From Eubacteriales bacterium (GTDB taxonomy: Bacteria > Bacillota > Clostridia > Oscillospirales > SIG627): DNA of 64,000 nucleotides. Position 1 is the first letter of the stretch, and each line of letters starts with the position of its first letter. The position numbers were made by a program, and so were the translations under genes. Below are positions 9,674-20,100 of the stretch, piece by piece. The stretch covers positions 27,504 through 91,503 of the forward strand of contig JAZOQB010000046.1 in the NCBI GenBank assembly GCA_045655865.1. Reading direction: 5' to 3'. The notes under the pieces are model-generated. The model worked only from the letters and a program-made list of their open reading frames with translations. It was not told where the DNA came from and searched no databases.

Positions 9674-12304
9674 ATGGCAGAATTACTGGAAAAGAATTAC
9701 GATCCGAAAAGTTTTGAAGACCGTCTTTATCGAAATTGGTCAGATAAGGGATACTTTTCTCCAAACACCGATGCCAACGCACCGGCCTACACCATTGTGA
9801 TCCCCCCACCCAACATTACCGGACAGCTTCACATGGGTCACGCCTTAGACAACACTCTGCAAGACATTCTCATCCGCTATAAGAGAATGCGGGGCTTTTG
9901 CACCTTATGGCTCCCCGGTACCGACCATGCTTCCATCGCAACAGAAGCAAAAATTGTGGAAGCAATGCGAAAAGAAGGGGTCACCAAAGACGACATTGGT
10001 CGAGACGAATTTCTCAAGCGGGCATGGAAATGGAAAGAACAGTACGGCGGCAGAATCATTTCCCAATTGAAAAAATTAGGCTCATCCTGCGATTGGTCCA
10101 GGGAACGCTTTACCATGGACGAAGGTTGTTCCAAAGCGGTAAAAGAAGTATTTGTCCGTCTTTATGAAAAGGGCTTGATTTACCGCGGTGAGCGTATCAT
10201 CAACTGGTGCCCTCACTGCCTTACCTCTATTTCCGATGCAGAAGTAGAATACGAAGATCAAGCCGGTCATTTCTGGCACCTTCGCTATCCTTTCAAGGAT
10301 GGATCCGGATATCTGGAACTTGCCACAACCCGCCCGGAAACTTTGCTGGGCGATACCGCTGTAGCTGTCAATCCAAACGATGAGCGCTATCAAAATGTGA
10401 TCGGAAAAACGCTGATCCTCCCGCTGGTTGGCAGAGAGATCCCCGTTGTTGCTGACGACTACGTTGAAATGGATTTCGGAACCGGCGTAGTAAAAATCAC
10501 TCCAGCCCACGATCCGAATGACTTCGAAGTTGGAAAGCGTCACAACCTTCCCATCCTCACCTGCCTGACAGAGGATGCAAAGATTACCGAAGACTACCCG
10601 AAATACGCCGGTATGGATCGGTATGAAGCGAGAAAAGCGATCGTTTCCGATTTGGAAAAAGAAGGCTTTCTTATTAAGACCGAGAACTATAATCACAATG
10701 TTGGGACCTGCTACCGCTGCGGAACCACAGTAGAACCTCGTGTGTCCATGCAATGGTTCGTGAAAATGGAACCTCTGGCAAAACCTGCGATTGAAGCGGT
10801 AGAAAACGGCGATATTCGCTTTATCCCCGAACGATTCAGCAAAAACTATTTCCACTGGATGAGAAATATTCGTGATTGGTGTATCTCCCGTCAGCTCTGG
10901 TGGGGCCACCAAATTCCCGCCTTTTTCTGTGACGACTGCGGCGAGATGGTCGTTACCAAGGAAGAGAGCGCTATCTGTCCTGGTTGCGGAAAAGCCATGA
11001 GACAAGATCCGGACACACTGGACACCTGGTTCTCCTCGGCTCTCTGGCCCTTCTCTACCCTGGGCTGGCCAGATAAGACAGAAGATCTTAATCGGTTTTA
11101 CCCCACCAGCACTTTGGTGACCGGCTACGACATTATTACTTTTTGGGTGTCCAGAATGATCTTTTCCGGTCTGGAGTACATGGGCGAAAAGCCTTTCCAA
11201 GATGTTTTGATCCACGGTCTTGTTCGAGATGCCAAGGGCAGAAAAATGTCAAAATCCCTCGGCAATGGCATCGATCCTCTGGAGATTATCGACCAGTACG
11301 GCGCAGATGCGTTACGCTTTGCACTTGCCAGCAACAATTCCCCGGGAAATGATATGCGATTCTCGGACGAAAGAATTGAATCCGCAAGAAATTTTGCCAA
11401 TAAAATTTGGAATGCTGCCAGATTCATTTTAATGAACCTGGATATCGATTCTGTTGTTTCTCCCGAAACAGTGCCCGGGCTTGCCCTTGAAGACAAGTGG
11501 ATCCTATCCAAATGGAATGACCTTGTAGCAGAGGTAAGTGAAAACATCGACCAATATGAACTGGGCGTTGCACTGGCAAAGCTTTACGATTTTATTTGGG
11601 ATCAGTTCTGTGACTGGTACATCGAACTGGTCAAACCAAGACTTTTGGATTCAAATTGCGAAAACCGATTGGCTGCCCAGAACACTCTTGCCTTTGTGTT
11701 CTCATCAACCATGCAGCTTCTTCACCCATTCATGCCATTTATCACAGAAGAAATCTGGCAAAAATTCCCCCATCAGGGTGAGAGCATCATGATCTCTTCC
11801 TGGCCTGAAAAGAGGGATGCTCTCTCGTTTCGTGCGGAGGAAGAAGCGCTGCGCCGTATCTTGGATGTGATTTCCGCCATCCGTAACCGAAGAAGCGAAA
11901 TGAACGTCCCCGCCTCTCGTAAGGTTCCGCTTTTCATTCAAACCGCTTTCCGAACTGACTTCGAAGACAGTGCCGCCTTCCTTACGCGACTTGCCGGTGC
12001 CAGCGAAATTTCTTTTGAAAAAGAATACGACGCTGAAAGTTGTGTTTCCATCGTCACCGATTCCGCCACTGTCTTTATTCCTCTTATGGAACTTTTAGAC
12101 GCGGAAAAAGAGAAGGAAAGGCTTGGCAATGAAAAGAAGAAGGTTCTTCTTGAGATTGAGCGTGTGGAAAGCAAACTTTCCAATGAACAATTTGTCAACC
12201 GCGCGCCTGAAAAAGTAGTAGCATTAGAACGGGAGAAGCTGAAAGGATATCAGGCTACCTTAGCAAACATTGAAGAAACTTTACAAATTTTCAATAAAAA
12301 TTAA
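9674..12304 (+). CDS. valS: Valine--tRNA ligase
   Basis: 876 aa with PPPNITGQLHMGHAL (HIGH), KMSKSLGN (KMSKS), a CP1 editing region and a C-terminal coiled coil. ATG at 9674 with GAGG upstream. Confidence 0.97.
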   Translation: MAELLEKNYDPKSFEDRLYRNWSDKGYFSPNTDANAPAYTIVIPPPNITGQLHMGHALDNTLQDILIRYKRMRGFCTLWLPGTDHASIATEAKIVEAMRKEGVTKDDIGRDEFLKRAWKWKEQYGGRIISQLKKLGSSCDWSRERFTMDEGCSKAVKEVFVRLYEKGLIYRGERIINWCPHCLTSISDAEVEYEDQAGHFWHLRYPFKDGSGYLELATTRPETLLGDTAVAVNPNDERYQNVIGKTLILPLVGREIPVVADDYVEMDFGTGVVKITPAHDPNDFEVGKRHNLPILTCLTEDAKITEDYPKYAGMDRYEARKAIVSDLEKEGFLIKTENYNHNVGTCYRCGTTVEPRVSMQWFVKMEPLAKPAIEAVENGDIRFIPERFSKNYFHWMRNIRDWCISRQLWWGHQIPAFFCDDCGEMVVTKEESAICPGCGKAMRQDPDTLDTWFSSALWPFSTLGWPDKTEDLNRFYPTSTLVTGYDIITFWVSRMIFSGLEYMGEKPFQDVLIHGLVRDAKGRKMSKSLGNGIDPLEIIDQYGADALRFALASNNSPGNDMRFSDERIESARNFANKIWNAARFILMNLDIDSVVSPETVPGLALEDKWILSKWNDLVAEVSENIDQYELGVALAKLYDFIWDQFCDWYIELVKPRLLDSNCENRLAAQNTLAFVFSSTMQLLHPFMPFITEEIWQKFPHQGESIMISSWPEKRDALSFRAEEEALRRILDVISAIRNRRSEMNVPASRKVPLFIQTAFRTDFEDSAAFLTRLAGASEISFEKEYDAESCVSIVTDSATVFIPLMELLDAEKEKERLGNEKKKVLLEIERVESKLSNEQFVNRAPEKVVALEREKLKGYQATLANIEETLQIFNKN

Positions 12305-12312
12305 GTTAAAAT

Positions 12313-12350
12313 AAAAAAGAGTGCTCATCAATTATGAGCACTCTTTTTTC
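12313..12350. terminator. Bidirectional terminator between convergent valS and ispF
   Basis: AAGAGTGCTCAT (12317-12328) pairs with ATGAGCACTCTT (12334-12345); A-run before and T-run after. Confidence 0.75.
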
Positions 12351-12365
12351 AAACAATTATATTTG

Positions 12366-12860
12366 TTAGCCCTCCCCCGGAAGACGAGTCATGAGGCATA
12401 CTGCATAAGCGGCAATTCCCTCTTCACGCCCGGTGAAGCCAAGCTTTTCTTCCGTGGTAGCTTTCACATTGATCTGTTCCGCAGAAACCTGCAATACTTC
12501 GGCTATCCTCTTTGTCATGAGGGGCAAATAAGATGCCAACTTCGGTTTTTGTGCGACCACAATGGCATCAATATTGGAAACGGTAAATCCTTTTTCTCTG
12601 CAAAGATCGGCGGTTTTCTTTAAAATGAATTCTCCGCTGACTCCGGAAAAAGCCTGATCGGTATCCGGAAAATGAATTCCGATATCACCCAGCGAAGAAG
12701 CACCAAGCATGGCATCAGCGATGGCGTGACAGAGGACATCTGCGTCAGAGTGTCCCAAGAGTCCGAGTGTGTGAGGCACCTCTACACAGCCAAGCATCAA
12801 CTTTCTTCCCGAAACCAATCGGTGAACATCGTATCCGTTTCCTATTCTAAACTCACCCAT
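12366..12860 (-). CDS. ispF: 2-C-methyl-D-erythritol 2,4-cyclodiphosphate synthase
   Basis: ORF track 12366..12899, start moved to ATG 12860 (MGEFRIGNGYDVHRL...GHSDADVL...), which overlaps the ispD stop by 8 nt (ATGGGTGA). Confidence 0.9.
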   Translation of the reverse strand: MGEFRIGNGYDVHRLVSGRKLMLGCVEVPHTLGLLGHSDADVLCHAIADAMLGASSLGDIGIHFPDTDQAFSGVSGEFILKKTADLCREKGFTVSNIDAIVVAQKPKLASYLPLMTKRIAEVLQVSAEQINVKATTEEKLGFTGREEGIAAYAVCLMTRLPGEG

Positions 12861-13617
12861 TCTTCCGTTCCTCCAAAATGGCGCTGAGAATTCTCGCATC
12901 CTCAGGTCTTGTTAATTTAAGATTACACGAAGATATCTGACAAAGCTTGATGGGAAACCCTGCATGCTCCGCCAAAGAGCAATCATCGGTGACGGCAATG
13001 CCATCCTTTTCAGCAAGAGCAAGGGACACGCGATACAAATCACACTTAAAGACCTGCGGTGTCTGGACAGTAAACAATTCCTCGCGGGGGATCGTTTTCA
13101 CAACCATATCCTTACCGTTACCCAACTTCACGGTATCTACCATTCTCTCAGCAGCGCAGGCAGCACCGTAACGTTTGGCAGCATCCAATAGGGACTGAAT
13201 CGCTGAAGGCTTGATCAGTGGACGCGCTGCATCGTGAATTGCCACCAATTCTGCATTGCGATTTACGTAAGAAAAACCGTTTTTAACCGATTCCTGCCGT
13301 GTTTGTCCGCCGGTAACGACCCTTTTAAGCTTTGAGATGCAATTTGCTTGACACAGCTCCTGAATTTCTGCTTCTTCTCCCGATTTTGCGGTAATAATAA
13401 TTTCATCGATCCCCTCGCATTGTTCGAAAGCCTGAAGAGAATACAAAAGGCACGGATTTCCTGCAAGCAAAACCCGCTGCTTGGATACGCCACCCATTCT
13501 TATACCGCTACCGGCAGCAGTGATAATAGCGGAGGCAAAGGGCCGCTTATTTCCATTTGGAAACAGGCGGTTGAGCTGATTTCGAAATTTAACAGCAGCA
13601 ATCTCTATTCCGGTCAT
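12853..13617 (-). CDS. ispD: 2-C-methyl-D-erythritol 4-phosphate cytidylyltransferase
   Basis: AIITAAGSGIRMGG...KQ, VAIHDAARPL and the IspD-typical length. ATG 13617 with SD GAGAGGGAAG. Confidence 0.9.
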   Translation of the reverse strand: MTGIEIAAVKFRNQLNRLFPNGNKRPFASAIITAAGSGIRMGGVSKQRVLLAGNPCLLYSLQAFEQCEGIDEIIITAKSGEEAEIQELCQANCISKLKRVVTGGQTRQESVKNGFSYVNRNAELVAIHDAARPLIKPSAIQSLLDAAKRYGAACAAERMVDTVKLGNGKDMVVKTIPREELFTVQTPQVFKCDLYRVSLALAEKDGIAVTDDCSLAEHAGFPIKLCQISSCNLKLTRPEDARILSAILEERKNG

Positions 13618-13715
13618 ACTTCCCTCTCATTTCACAGTTTTCAATCTTATTATAGTACACAATCTCTTGACTTTCAAGTCTCCATTTGCTAGAATAAAAC
13701 AGAAAGTGGTGTATT

Positions 13716-15131
13716 ATGAAACAAAATACAAAGCGAATCTTGTCCGTGTTATTATGTATTACTTTACTTTTTCTCTCCGCCTGCGTTAGCTCTTCGAATT
13801 TTCCAGAAATCCCGGAGATTCCCAAATCTACGGCTGATGGTGAGAATAATCCTTATTCTTCTCTTTTGGAGAACCTCCCACAACGAAATTTTGAGGGCGC
13901 ATCTTTTCGAATTGCTACAGATTCCACCTCGATTTTGATGCCTACAAACGGAAGTAGCGTCGTTGGGAAAGAAAAGTACTTGCGAAACAAGGCAATTGAA
14001 GAAAAATATAACATTAGACTTACTCTCACGGAGGAAAGCGGACTTCCTACCATTGCCGAACGGGTCCGTTCCGAAGCCTTAGCCGGAACCGATTACTGCG
14101 ATCTGGTTCTATTGGAAGCGACTCAATTTCAAGTCTTGGCCGCCGGTGACGCGCTGGTTAACGTTCATGCAGTCCCCTTTCTTGATCTGAAAGCGGAATA
14201 CTTCTATCAAGATGCGCTAAACTCTACTACTTTTGGCGCAAAAACCTATGGCCTAGCCGGAGACTTAACCTTAAATCCCGAAAACATTTATGCCGTTTTC
14301 TTTAACAAAAGTCTCTTATCAGAAAGCAGCCTTCCGGATCTTTACCAGATGGTCCATGAACATCAATGGGATTTCGCAAACTTTTTGCTTTACGCGGAAG
14401 AGGTTTATTCCCTAGGCCGAGCCAGTGGAATGCGCGTATATGGCTTTTCCTCTACAGAAAAAACAGAAGATTTGATTAAGATTTTCTGGGCCGCAACCGG
14501 TGAACGCTTCCTTGCAAATGAATATGGCTCTCGCCCTCAATTGATATTCAACAACGATGTTACACGAACTTTTATCCAGCAATCTCGAAACCTTTTCTTT
14601 CAAAGTGTAGCTTATTTGAATAACCCAAGCTCCTCAACAGAAACATTTCGTAGTGGCTTAACACTGTTTCACATCGCTCCCCTTTCCTGTGCCAAAGAAA
14701 TCACAGGATCCGGTATTAACTGGGGCGTTCTTCCTATCCCAAAGCTGGATATCAATCAGAGATCTTATTTTTCTTACATGAAGAACAACTTCACACTGGC
14801 AGGCTTTTCAAACGGAAGTCCGGATCTGGAGAAATCCGGCATCATTACCTCCGCTCTTTTTGCTGCGACACAGGATTTGACCCAGTCCCTATTTGAACAA
14901 ACCTACCTTAACCTGTATTTAAACGGGCCGGAAGACGTAAAAATGCTCTCTCTCATTGCATCCAGTCCTTACTACGATCCCGTAGAATTTTTTGGTCAGA
15001 TCAACTCATCCTACACAGCCGCTACACAAACCTTGTTATATCGTGTTGTAGCCGCAGAAGGAAACTTTGATTCTCTATACGATCAGTATACCATTATGTT
15101 CAATCGCTATTTGGATGAAAATTTTAGGTAA
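13716..15131 (+). CDS. Lipoprotein, extracellular solute-binding-protein-like (orphan; no permease or ATPase genes adjacent)
   Basis: MKQNTKRILSVLLCITLLFLSAC is a signal peptide plus lipobox. The body (YCDLVLLEA...TYGLAGDLTLNPENIYAVFFNKSLL...WGVLPIPK) resembles family-1 sugar-binding SBPs; this assignment is from recall only. Confidence 0.55.
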   Translation: MKQNTKRILSVLLCITLLFLSACVSSSNFPEIPEIPKSTADGENNPYSSLLENLPQRNFEGASFRIATDSTSILMPTNGSSVVGKEKYLRNKAIEEKYNIRLTLTEESGLPTIAERVRSEALAGTDYCDLVLLEATQFQVLAAGDALVNVHAVPFLDLKAEYFYQDALNSTTFGAKTYGLAGDLTLNPENIYAVFFNKSLLSESSLPDLYQMVHEHQWDFANFLLYAEEVYSLGRASGMRVYGFSSTEKTEDLIKIFWAATGERFLANEYGSRPQLIFNNDVTRTFIQQSRNLFFQSVAYLNNPSSSTETFRSGLTLFHIAPLSCAKEITGSGINWGVLPIPKLDINQRSYFSYMKNNFTLAGFSNGSPDLEKSGIITSALFAATQDLTQSLFEQTYLNLYLNGPEDVKMLSLIASSPYYDPVEFFGQINSSYTAATQTLLYRVVAAEGNFDSLYDQYTIMFNRYLDENFR

Positions 15132-15147
15132 CGGAAAGGAAAAACTC

Positions 15148-15249
15148 ATGAATAAGTGGAAAAAATGGTTCGTTCGAATTCTTGCCATCGTCCTGGCGCT
15201 GCTATTTGTCATTACCCTGTTCATTCAGCCCCTGATGAGTGGTTTCTAA
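15148..15249 (+). CDS. 33-aa hydrophobic peptide (MNKWKKWFVRILAIVLALLFVITLFIQPLMSGF)
   Basis: ATG 15148 lies 16 nt after the lipoprotein stop, with SD GGAAAGGA 8 nt upstream. It has a basic N-terminus plus one TM helix and is followed directly by a strong terminator. The ORF track lists a longer 15067..15249 version. Confidence 0.4.
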   Translation: MNKWKKWFVRILAIVLALLFVITLFIQPLMSGF

Positions 15250-15269
15250 AAATCTGAATAATTGCATAA

Positions 15270-15299
15270 AAAAAGCTGCGGTTGGTCCGCAGCTTTTTT
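15270..15299. terminator. Bidirectional terminator (lipoprotein operon / birA)
   Basis: AAAAAGCTGCGG-TTGGT-CCGCAGCTTTTT. Confidence 0.75.
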
Positions 15300-16044
15300 A
15301 TCTTCTTCTGTTGCCTTCATTCAAAACCAGCGTTCCGGAAGAAAACGACCGGACGGTATCATTGATTTGAATTAAAATGGAAAAATCGTCACCGATTCCC
15401 ATGCAAATTCCTGAAATTTCTTTTCCGTCATATAAAATCGTTACAGTTCTATTTTGATGGATACAAGCTCGTCGATATTCAGAAAGAATATGCCGGATCG
15501 GAAAAGCAAAATGAGTTGATAGAGACCGGTGGAGAGCAATAACAAGCTCTGTATATTTCTCTTTATCACATGTTTTGCAAAGGGAACCAAAGCAATATTC
15601 GATCTCTTCGGGGATCTGTTCCGGCTCTTCCACGTTGATCCCGATACCGACAAGAGTATGATCACACACCCTTTGACAAAGAATTCCGCAAACTTTTTTG
15701 TCATTGTAATACAGGTCGTTGACCCACTTGACACCACAATCAATGCCAAATACTTGCAAAATAGCCTCTCTGACTGCTAACGCAACTCTTGGCGTCAGAT
15801 CATGACAACAAAGCTTTTCAGTGAGAAAGGAAAAAGTGAGATAAAGTCCCGTAGAAGACGGAGAATAAAAAGATTTCCCAGTTCTTCCCTGCCCGTTGGT
15901 CTGACATTTTGCAATAACAAGTTCCGGAATCGGTTTTCCCTCGCGGATCAACCGTGATAAATATAAATTGGTGGAATCAACTGTTTTTAAGCATTGTATG
16001 CGCAAAGGCAGCTGCTTTTTCAGAAGGCAAACATCAATCATCAT
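15298..16044 (-). CDS. birA: Biotin--[acetyl-CoA-carboxylase] ligase, class I (no N-terminal HTH)
   Basis: QTNGQGRTGKSFYSP corresponds to the GRGRxGRxWxSP biotin-binding loop, and KWVNDLYYNDKKVCGIL is present. 248 aa, starting directly in the catalytic domain. Confidence 0.8.
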   Translation of the reverse strand: MMIDVCLLKKQLPLRIQCLKTVDSTNLYLSRLIREGKPIPELVIAKCQTNGQGRTGKSFYSPSSTGLYLTFSFLTEKLCCHDLTPRVALAVREAILQVFGIDCGVKWVNDLYYNDKKVCGILCQRVCDHTLVGIGINVEEPEQIPEEIEYCFGSLCKTCDKEKYTELVIALHRSLSTHFAFPIRHILSEYRRACIHQNRTVTILYDGKEISGICMGIGDDFSILIQINDTVRSFSSGTLVLNEGNRRR

Positions 16045-16648
16045 TTTTCATTTGAATGTCAAAGATATTCAAGATTTTAAAATGTCCTTCCGAATCCCGG
16101 ATCAGCTGATAGATCTGTGGGATGGCGGTATTGGAAGCTACCCCGGTTCGAAACGTTCCATTGTTCCGACGAATCATATAACGAACATAATAATTATAAA
16201 CAGAAACTTCTTCGCCGTTGACCAATTCCGTCTTAACTGAATTTAGGCATACATAAGGATCGTAGATCATTTGCATGGTGAACTTCGGTGCTTCCTCAAA
16301 AAAATCAGGAACATGAAAATTCGGAAGTTTTTCAGAATCGCCGCGGATCACCGTTTGAAAATAGTCTAAAAAGAACTGGCATTCCTCCGATGCGCTCTCG
16401 TAATCGTTTTCGTAGGAAAAAAGTTGCATAACGTTGGAATCCCCAAAGAACAAGTCCCTTGTATAACCCATATACACCGAATCTTCAAAAATATTCAGAT
16501 CATAGTTTGCTGGATAGTAATAGATCACCGGATCTTGTTTTTGTTTTTTGAAAAAAAAGAACCAGACACCGGATGCAATCAGTGAAAGAAGAAGGAAAAC
16601 GGATACCAATACAAGAGCGATTCTTATTTTTGAAACATCCTTTTTCAT
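16034..16648 (-). CDS. Membrane-anchored hypothetical protein (one N-terminal TM, ~170-aa extracytoplasmic domain)
   Basis: ORF track 16034..16654 opens at GTG; ATG 16648 has SD AGAGGTG. MKKDVSKIRIALVLVSVFLLLSLIASGVWFFFF. Its last 11 nt overlap the birA start. Confidence 0.6.
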   Translation of the reverse strand: MKKDVSKIRIALVLVSVFLLLSLIASGVWFFFFKKQKQDPVIYYYPANYDLNIFEDSVYMGYTRDLFFGDSNVMQLFSYENDYESASEECQFFLDYFQTVIRGDSEKLPNFHVPDFFEEAPKFTMQMIYDPYVCLNSVKTELVNGEEVSVYNYYVRYMIRRNNGTFRTGVASNTAIPQIYQLIRDSEGHFKILNIFDIQMKNDD

Positions 16649-16657
16649 GGACACCTC

Positions 16658-17083
16658 TTATTTAGAAAATCGAAATTTTGCCTTTCCGGAGGAGCGACGA
16701 CCTTTCTGATAGGTAAAGAGAACCACAAGGACACAGGATAGAAAAATCAGGGCAAGAAGTCGAAACAAAACCGGAAACAATTGAAAATCACCTTTTCCCA
16801 TTAAAAGGCCGATGGCAAAGATAAAAAGAGAAAGGAGAGCGGAAGAAAGAGCGGCATACGGCAAAGAAAATGCCTGCGCTCGCAAGCTTAGAAGCGAAAT
16901 AAATAAAGATAACAATACAACTACGATCCAGCATGCAAGAGAATAATAGTTTTCAAAACGGGGAATTTTTGAGAGAAGGAAAGCCATAAAAGACTGTCCC
17001 AAGAAAAAGATCGCGGTACTCATTAAAACAAGAGAGAGTACAATCTTGGGGGAAAATTTCAGTTGTGAACGGTTTTGATTCAT
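16658..17083 (-). CDS. Small integral membrane protein (about 4 TM helices)
   Basis: ORF track 16658..17158, start moved to ATG 17083 (SD AAGGAGTGGG). This removes the overlap with the upstream 1392-aa gene. Confidence 0.6.
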   Translation of the reverse strand: MNQNRSQLKFSPKIVLSLVLMSTAIFFLGQSFMAFLLSKIPRFENYYSLACWIVVVLLSLFISLLSLRAQAFSLPYAALSSALLSLFIFAIGLLMGKGDFQLFPVLFRLLALIFLSCVLVVLFTYQKGRRSSGKAKFRFSK

Positions 17084-17132
17084 AGACCCACTCCTTTTTT
17101 TAAAAGTATATGGGTCAAAGAAAACAAAAATG

Positions 17133-20100
17133 CTATTCCAACTGGCTTCCTTCTTCAAAAGGTCCTAAAATTTCCAAGATCTTTTCTACTTCCCGATCAA
17201 ACGAAACAAAGCAATTGGCAGAACGCAGGCGGTAGATCTGCCATCCGCATGAGGTCATACGACGGGTATTGGCCATTTCAATGGCGGAGACATTAGCTTT
17301 CTGATTGAGAACGGTTTGATCGGAGAGAATTCCGAGCAAAAATTCCATTCGTGGAGAAACCACGGCAAGATCGATATAATATCTCCCGCTTTGTAAACCT
17401 AAAATCACGCGATACCCGCGATTTTCCAATTCCTCTGCCAGTCGATTGATGTAACTGGTGCCTTCCATGGCGTCCACAACGGCAAAACTGTTGTTCACAC
17501 GGTGTGCACAGATCACATCAAAAAGCAGAGCAAAAGCACTCACGACAGGTAGCGTGGTGGGAGTACATTTTAATTCTTCCGATTTAAAGCTGGAAAGCAC
17601 AGTAATACTCTCTCGAGCAGAAGATAGAATGTGGAGAACGGTCCTTTTCGGATCCTTACCGCCAAATTCCAGGAAAGAATACGGAAGTCTGGAACCGTGG
17701 ATGCTTCGATCCGGAGCAAAAACGGTAGAAAACAGAATGCAGTCACAGCAAGGCAAATTTTCATTGGCATGAGTGACAATAAAACGGTGGGGCGTTGCAA
17801 AAAATCCCTGCAGGGTTTCATCATCTCGCAGCCTTTTTGTTAAAAGCTGCAAAATCAATTCCTTTTGCTCCGGGGTAGCTGTAACAACACCAAGGCTTTT
17901 TTTCTCTTCTTTCGCAGCAAAATCCAGCAGCAACTCTACCGCCTTTTCTGCCTCGAAGAAATTGGCTCCGGGATACTCCCCACCAAATGTGCCGGGGACC
18001 TGGATCCAATGGGCACAAGAGTAAAAAGCAGGAGCGGGAATGGTGTAACAACGAGAATCCCCTCGAAGCCCGGCTGCATAGCCGGAACGAATGACCGTGT
18101 AATTGGGAGCGGCTCGGTAGACGGAAGAAAGGCTATATTTTTCATCGGTAACTTTCCATAGATAGTCAAACCCCGATGATGAAAGATCGAAAACTTCCCC
18201 TTCTCTTCTGCGGTTGGCGGAAAATCCTCCCGCAAACGCAACATGCTTGCCTGCAGAAAAAGCAAATAAAAGATCTGCCAATGGGATGCTGTTACGAGAT
18301 TCAATCAAAACATAATCGAATACGTTCCGACAATTCTCAAAAAGGGACTTTGCCTGGCTTAGATCTGCGATAACACAAGGAAACAACCGAGAGAAAGCCT
18401 CGGGTTTTTCCCGGAAAAGCGACTCGGGATCAAAAGTTTCCTCCTGGATTTCAAAAAGCGCGTCGAAAGCGCGCAAAGAAAGGATAGAATTCATTTCCTC
18501 TCTTCGCTTAGATGAATATCCTCGAAAAGCATTCTCAAAACCTCTTTGATGTTCGGAAAAATCAAAGTTACCGGGAATCAATTCGGGGTGAGATAAAAAG
18601 TTGTACTCACAAACTGCCTGGAAGAAAGCTCGCAAAAATCCTCGGCTTAGCTCTTCCGGGAGAATCTTTCCCCCTTCCACAGCTAAAACAAGATTTTTCA
18701 TCCCTACGCGAAGTGCTTTTTCGCGAGCAGTAAGCCAACCGCACCAACCTTTCAAGCGCTCGGTTTCTGACAAAACCGCAGAAAGCACATGATAAATAAC
18801 AGAAAAATAATCCTGTTCTCTCCCAAGAGCTTGTGGATAGAAGAGATCGATTGAATTAGAAAGGGTAATCTCCAACTCTTTCTTACCAGCCTGGTATCTT
18901 TCTCCTAGATCTCTCAGCTGAGCCAATTTTTCAGTTAATCCGTTATTTTTTGCTCGGCAGAACTCCGATACAAAGCTCGGTAGAAGGCTCGTGGAAAATT
19001 TTGGACGGAAAATAGAATAACACTGGTAGCAAAGATCGGCAGCTACCTGCAGAGCGTCCCAAGAAGCATCATCATCTGCGAAAGGAACGGAAAGGAGGCG
19101 GAAAACAAATTCGCTTTCAGCCTGAATCAATGCGACGTTTTTCTGGAAAAGATCAAGCCTGGAAAGAATATACTCTGCATTTTCCACATCGCAATTGGGT
19201 TTCAGGTATCGCTTGACCGATTTTAAAATACCGTGTCTTTGAGACATGGCAATCAATCCCTTGTCTTCCAGTGCCTGATAACGGGCGTAGAGGTCAGAGG
19301 CATCCAAGTCAAAAACATGGGGATCAAAGCTGATTTGAATGGAGTCTGTAATGGCGTCATTCTCTTTTTTCGCCTGGATCAGTTGCGCAACTTTCCGAAA
19401 ATGATCCTCAACCACTTCAGGATTTTCAAAGAAAGTCTCAGGAACAGTGACAAATTCTGAAAACAGTCGAGTCAAATCCAGGAAAGCAAAAAAGATATCA
19501 CCGGCCAGAAGCCCATCCAGAGAAGAAAACGAAGGCAAAATCTGATCTCTCACCAAAGAAAGAGCTTCAATGCTATGTAGAACCTCTTCCAATTGGCGCG
19601 TCAGCTTCGATTTATATTCGTATGAAAAATTCTTTTGCGCCACCAGTCGAAGAGGATTCTCGATGACAGTTCCGATCTCGGTATAGGACTGGAGGATCTC
19701 GTTTGCCGTAGAAAACCAAGTTCCCACCATCTCATCCGACAGCATTCCGATCTGTTCCGGAGAAAAGTGGATGGAATCGTTGGCATCACGTAACTGATGG
19801 AATCGATCTGTTGCCATAAGGAAAGAAGAAACGATCCTTTTCTCCCCTTCTAAATTCAGATAGTAAGCGTCCATGCTATCAAGCTGGGACTGCATTTCTT
19901 TTTTATCGTCAAACGCCGAAGGATCCGGAGAAAACGCTGCTTTGAAATCACTCTTCACATAGCGTTTGTTCCCATCTCTGAACAGGTTCCAAACAAAAAT
20001 CGGATGAAATTGTTTTTCCAGAACTTTAGAAAAATCGTCAGCATGATAATGCGGATCGGTGATATAGAGAACACTTTTTCCCGATTTCATTGCCGCGGCT

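Noticed and set aside
10082-11215. 377-aa ORF antisense to valS. Similar long antisense ORFs occur at 50921..51847 (in argF), 55529..56176 (in argC), 43292..43918 (in the acyltransferase), 27450..28007 (in thyA), 53232..53786 and 54188..54781.
   Set aside because: Each lies entirely inside a gene with unmistakable family motifs on the other strand. None has an SD-preceded start or recognisable motifs, and their composition (R/S/G/F-rich) is typical of the antisense frame of real genes.
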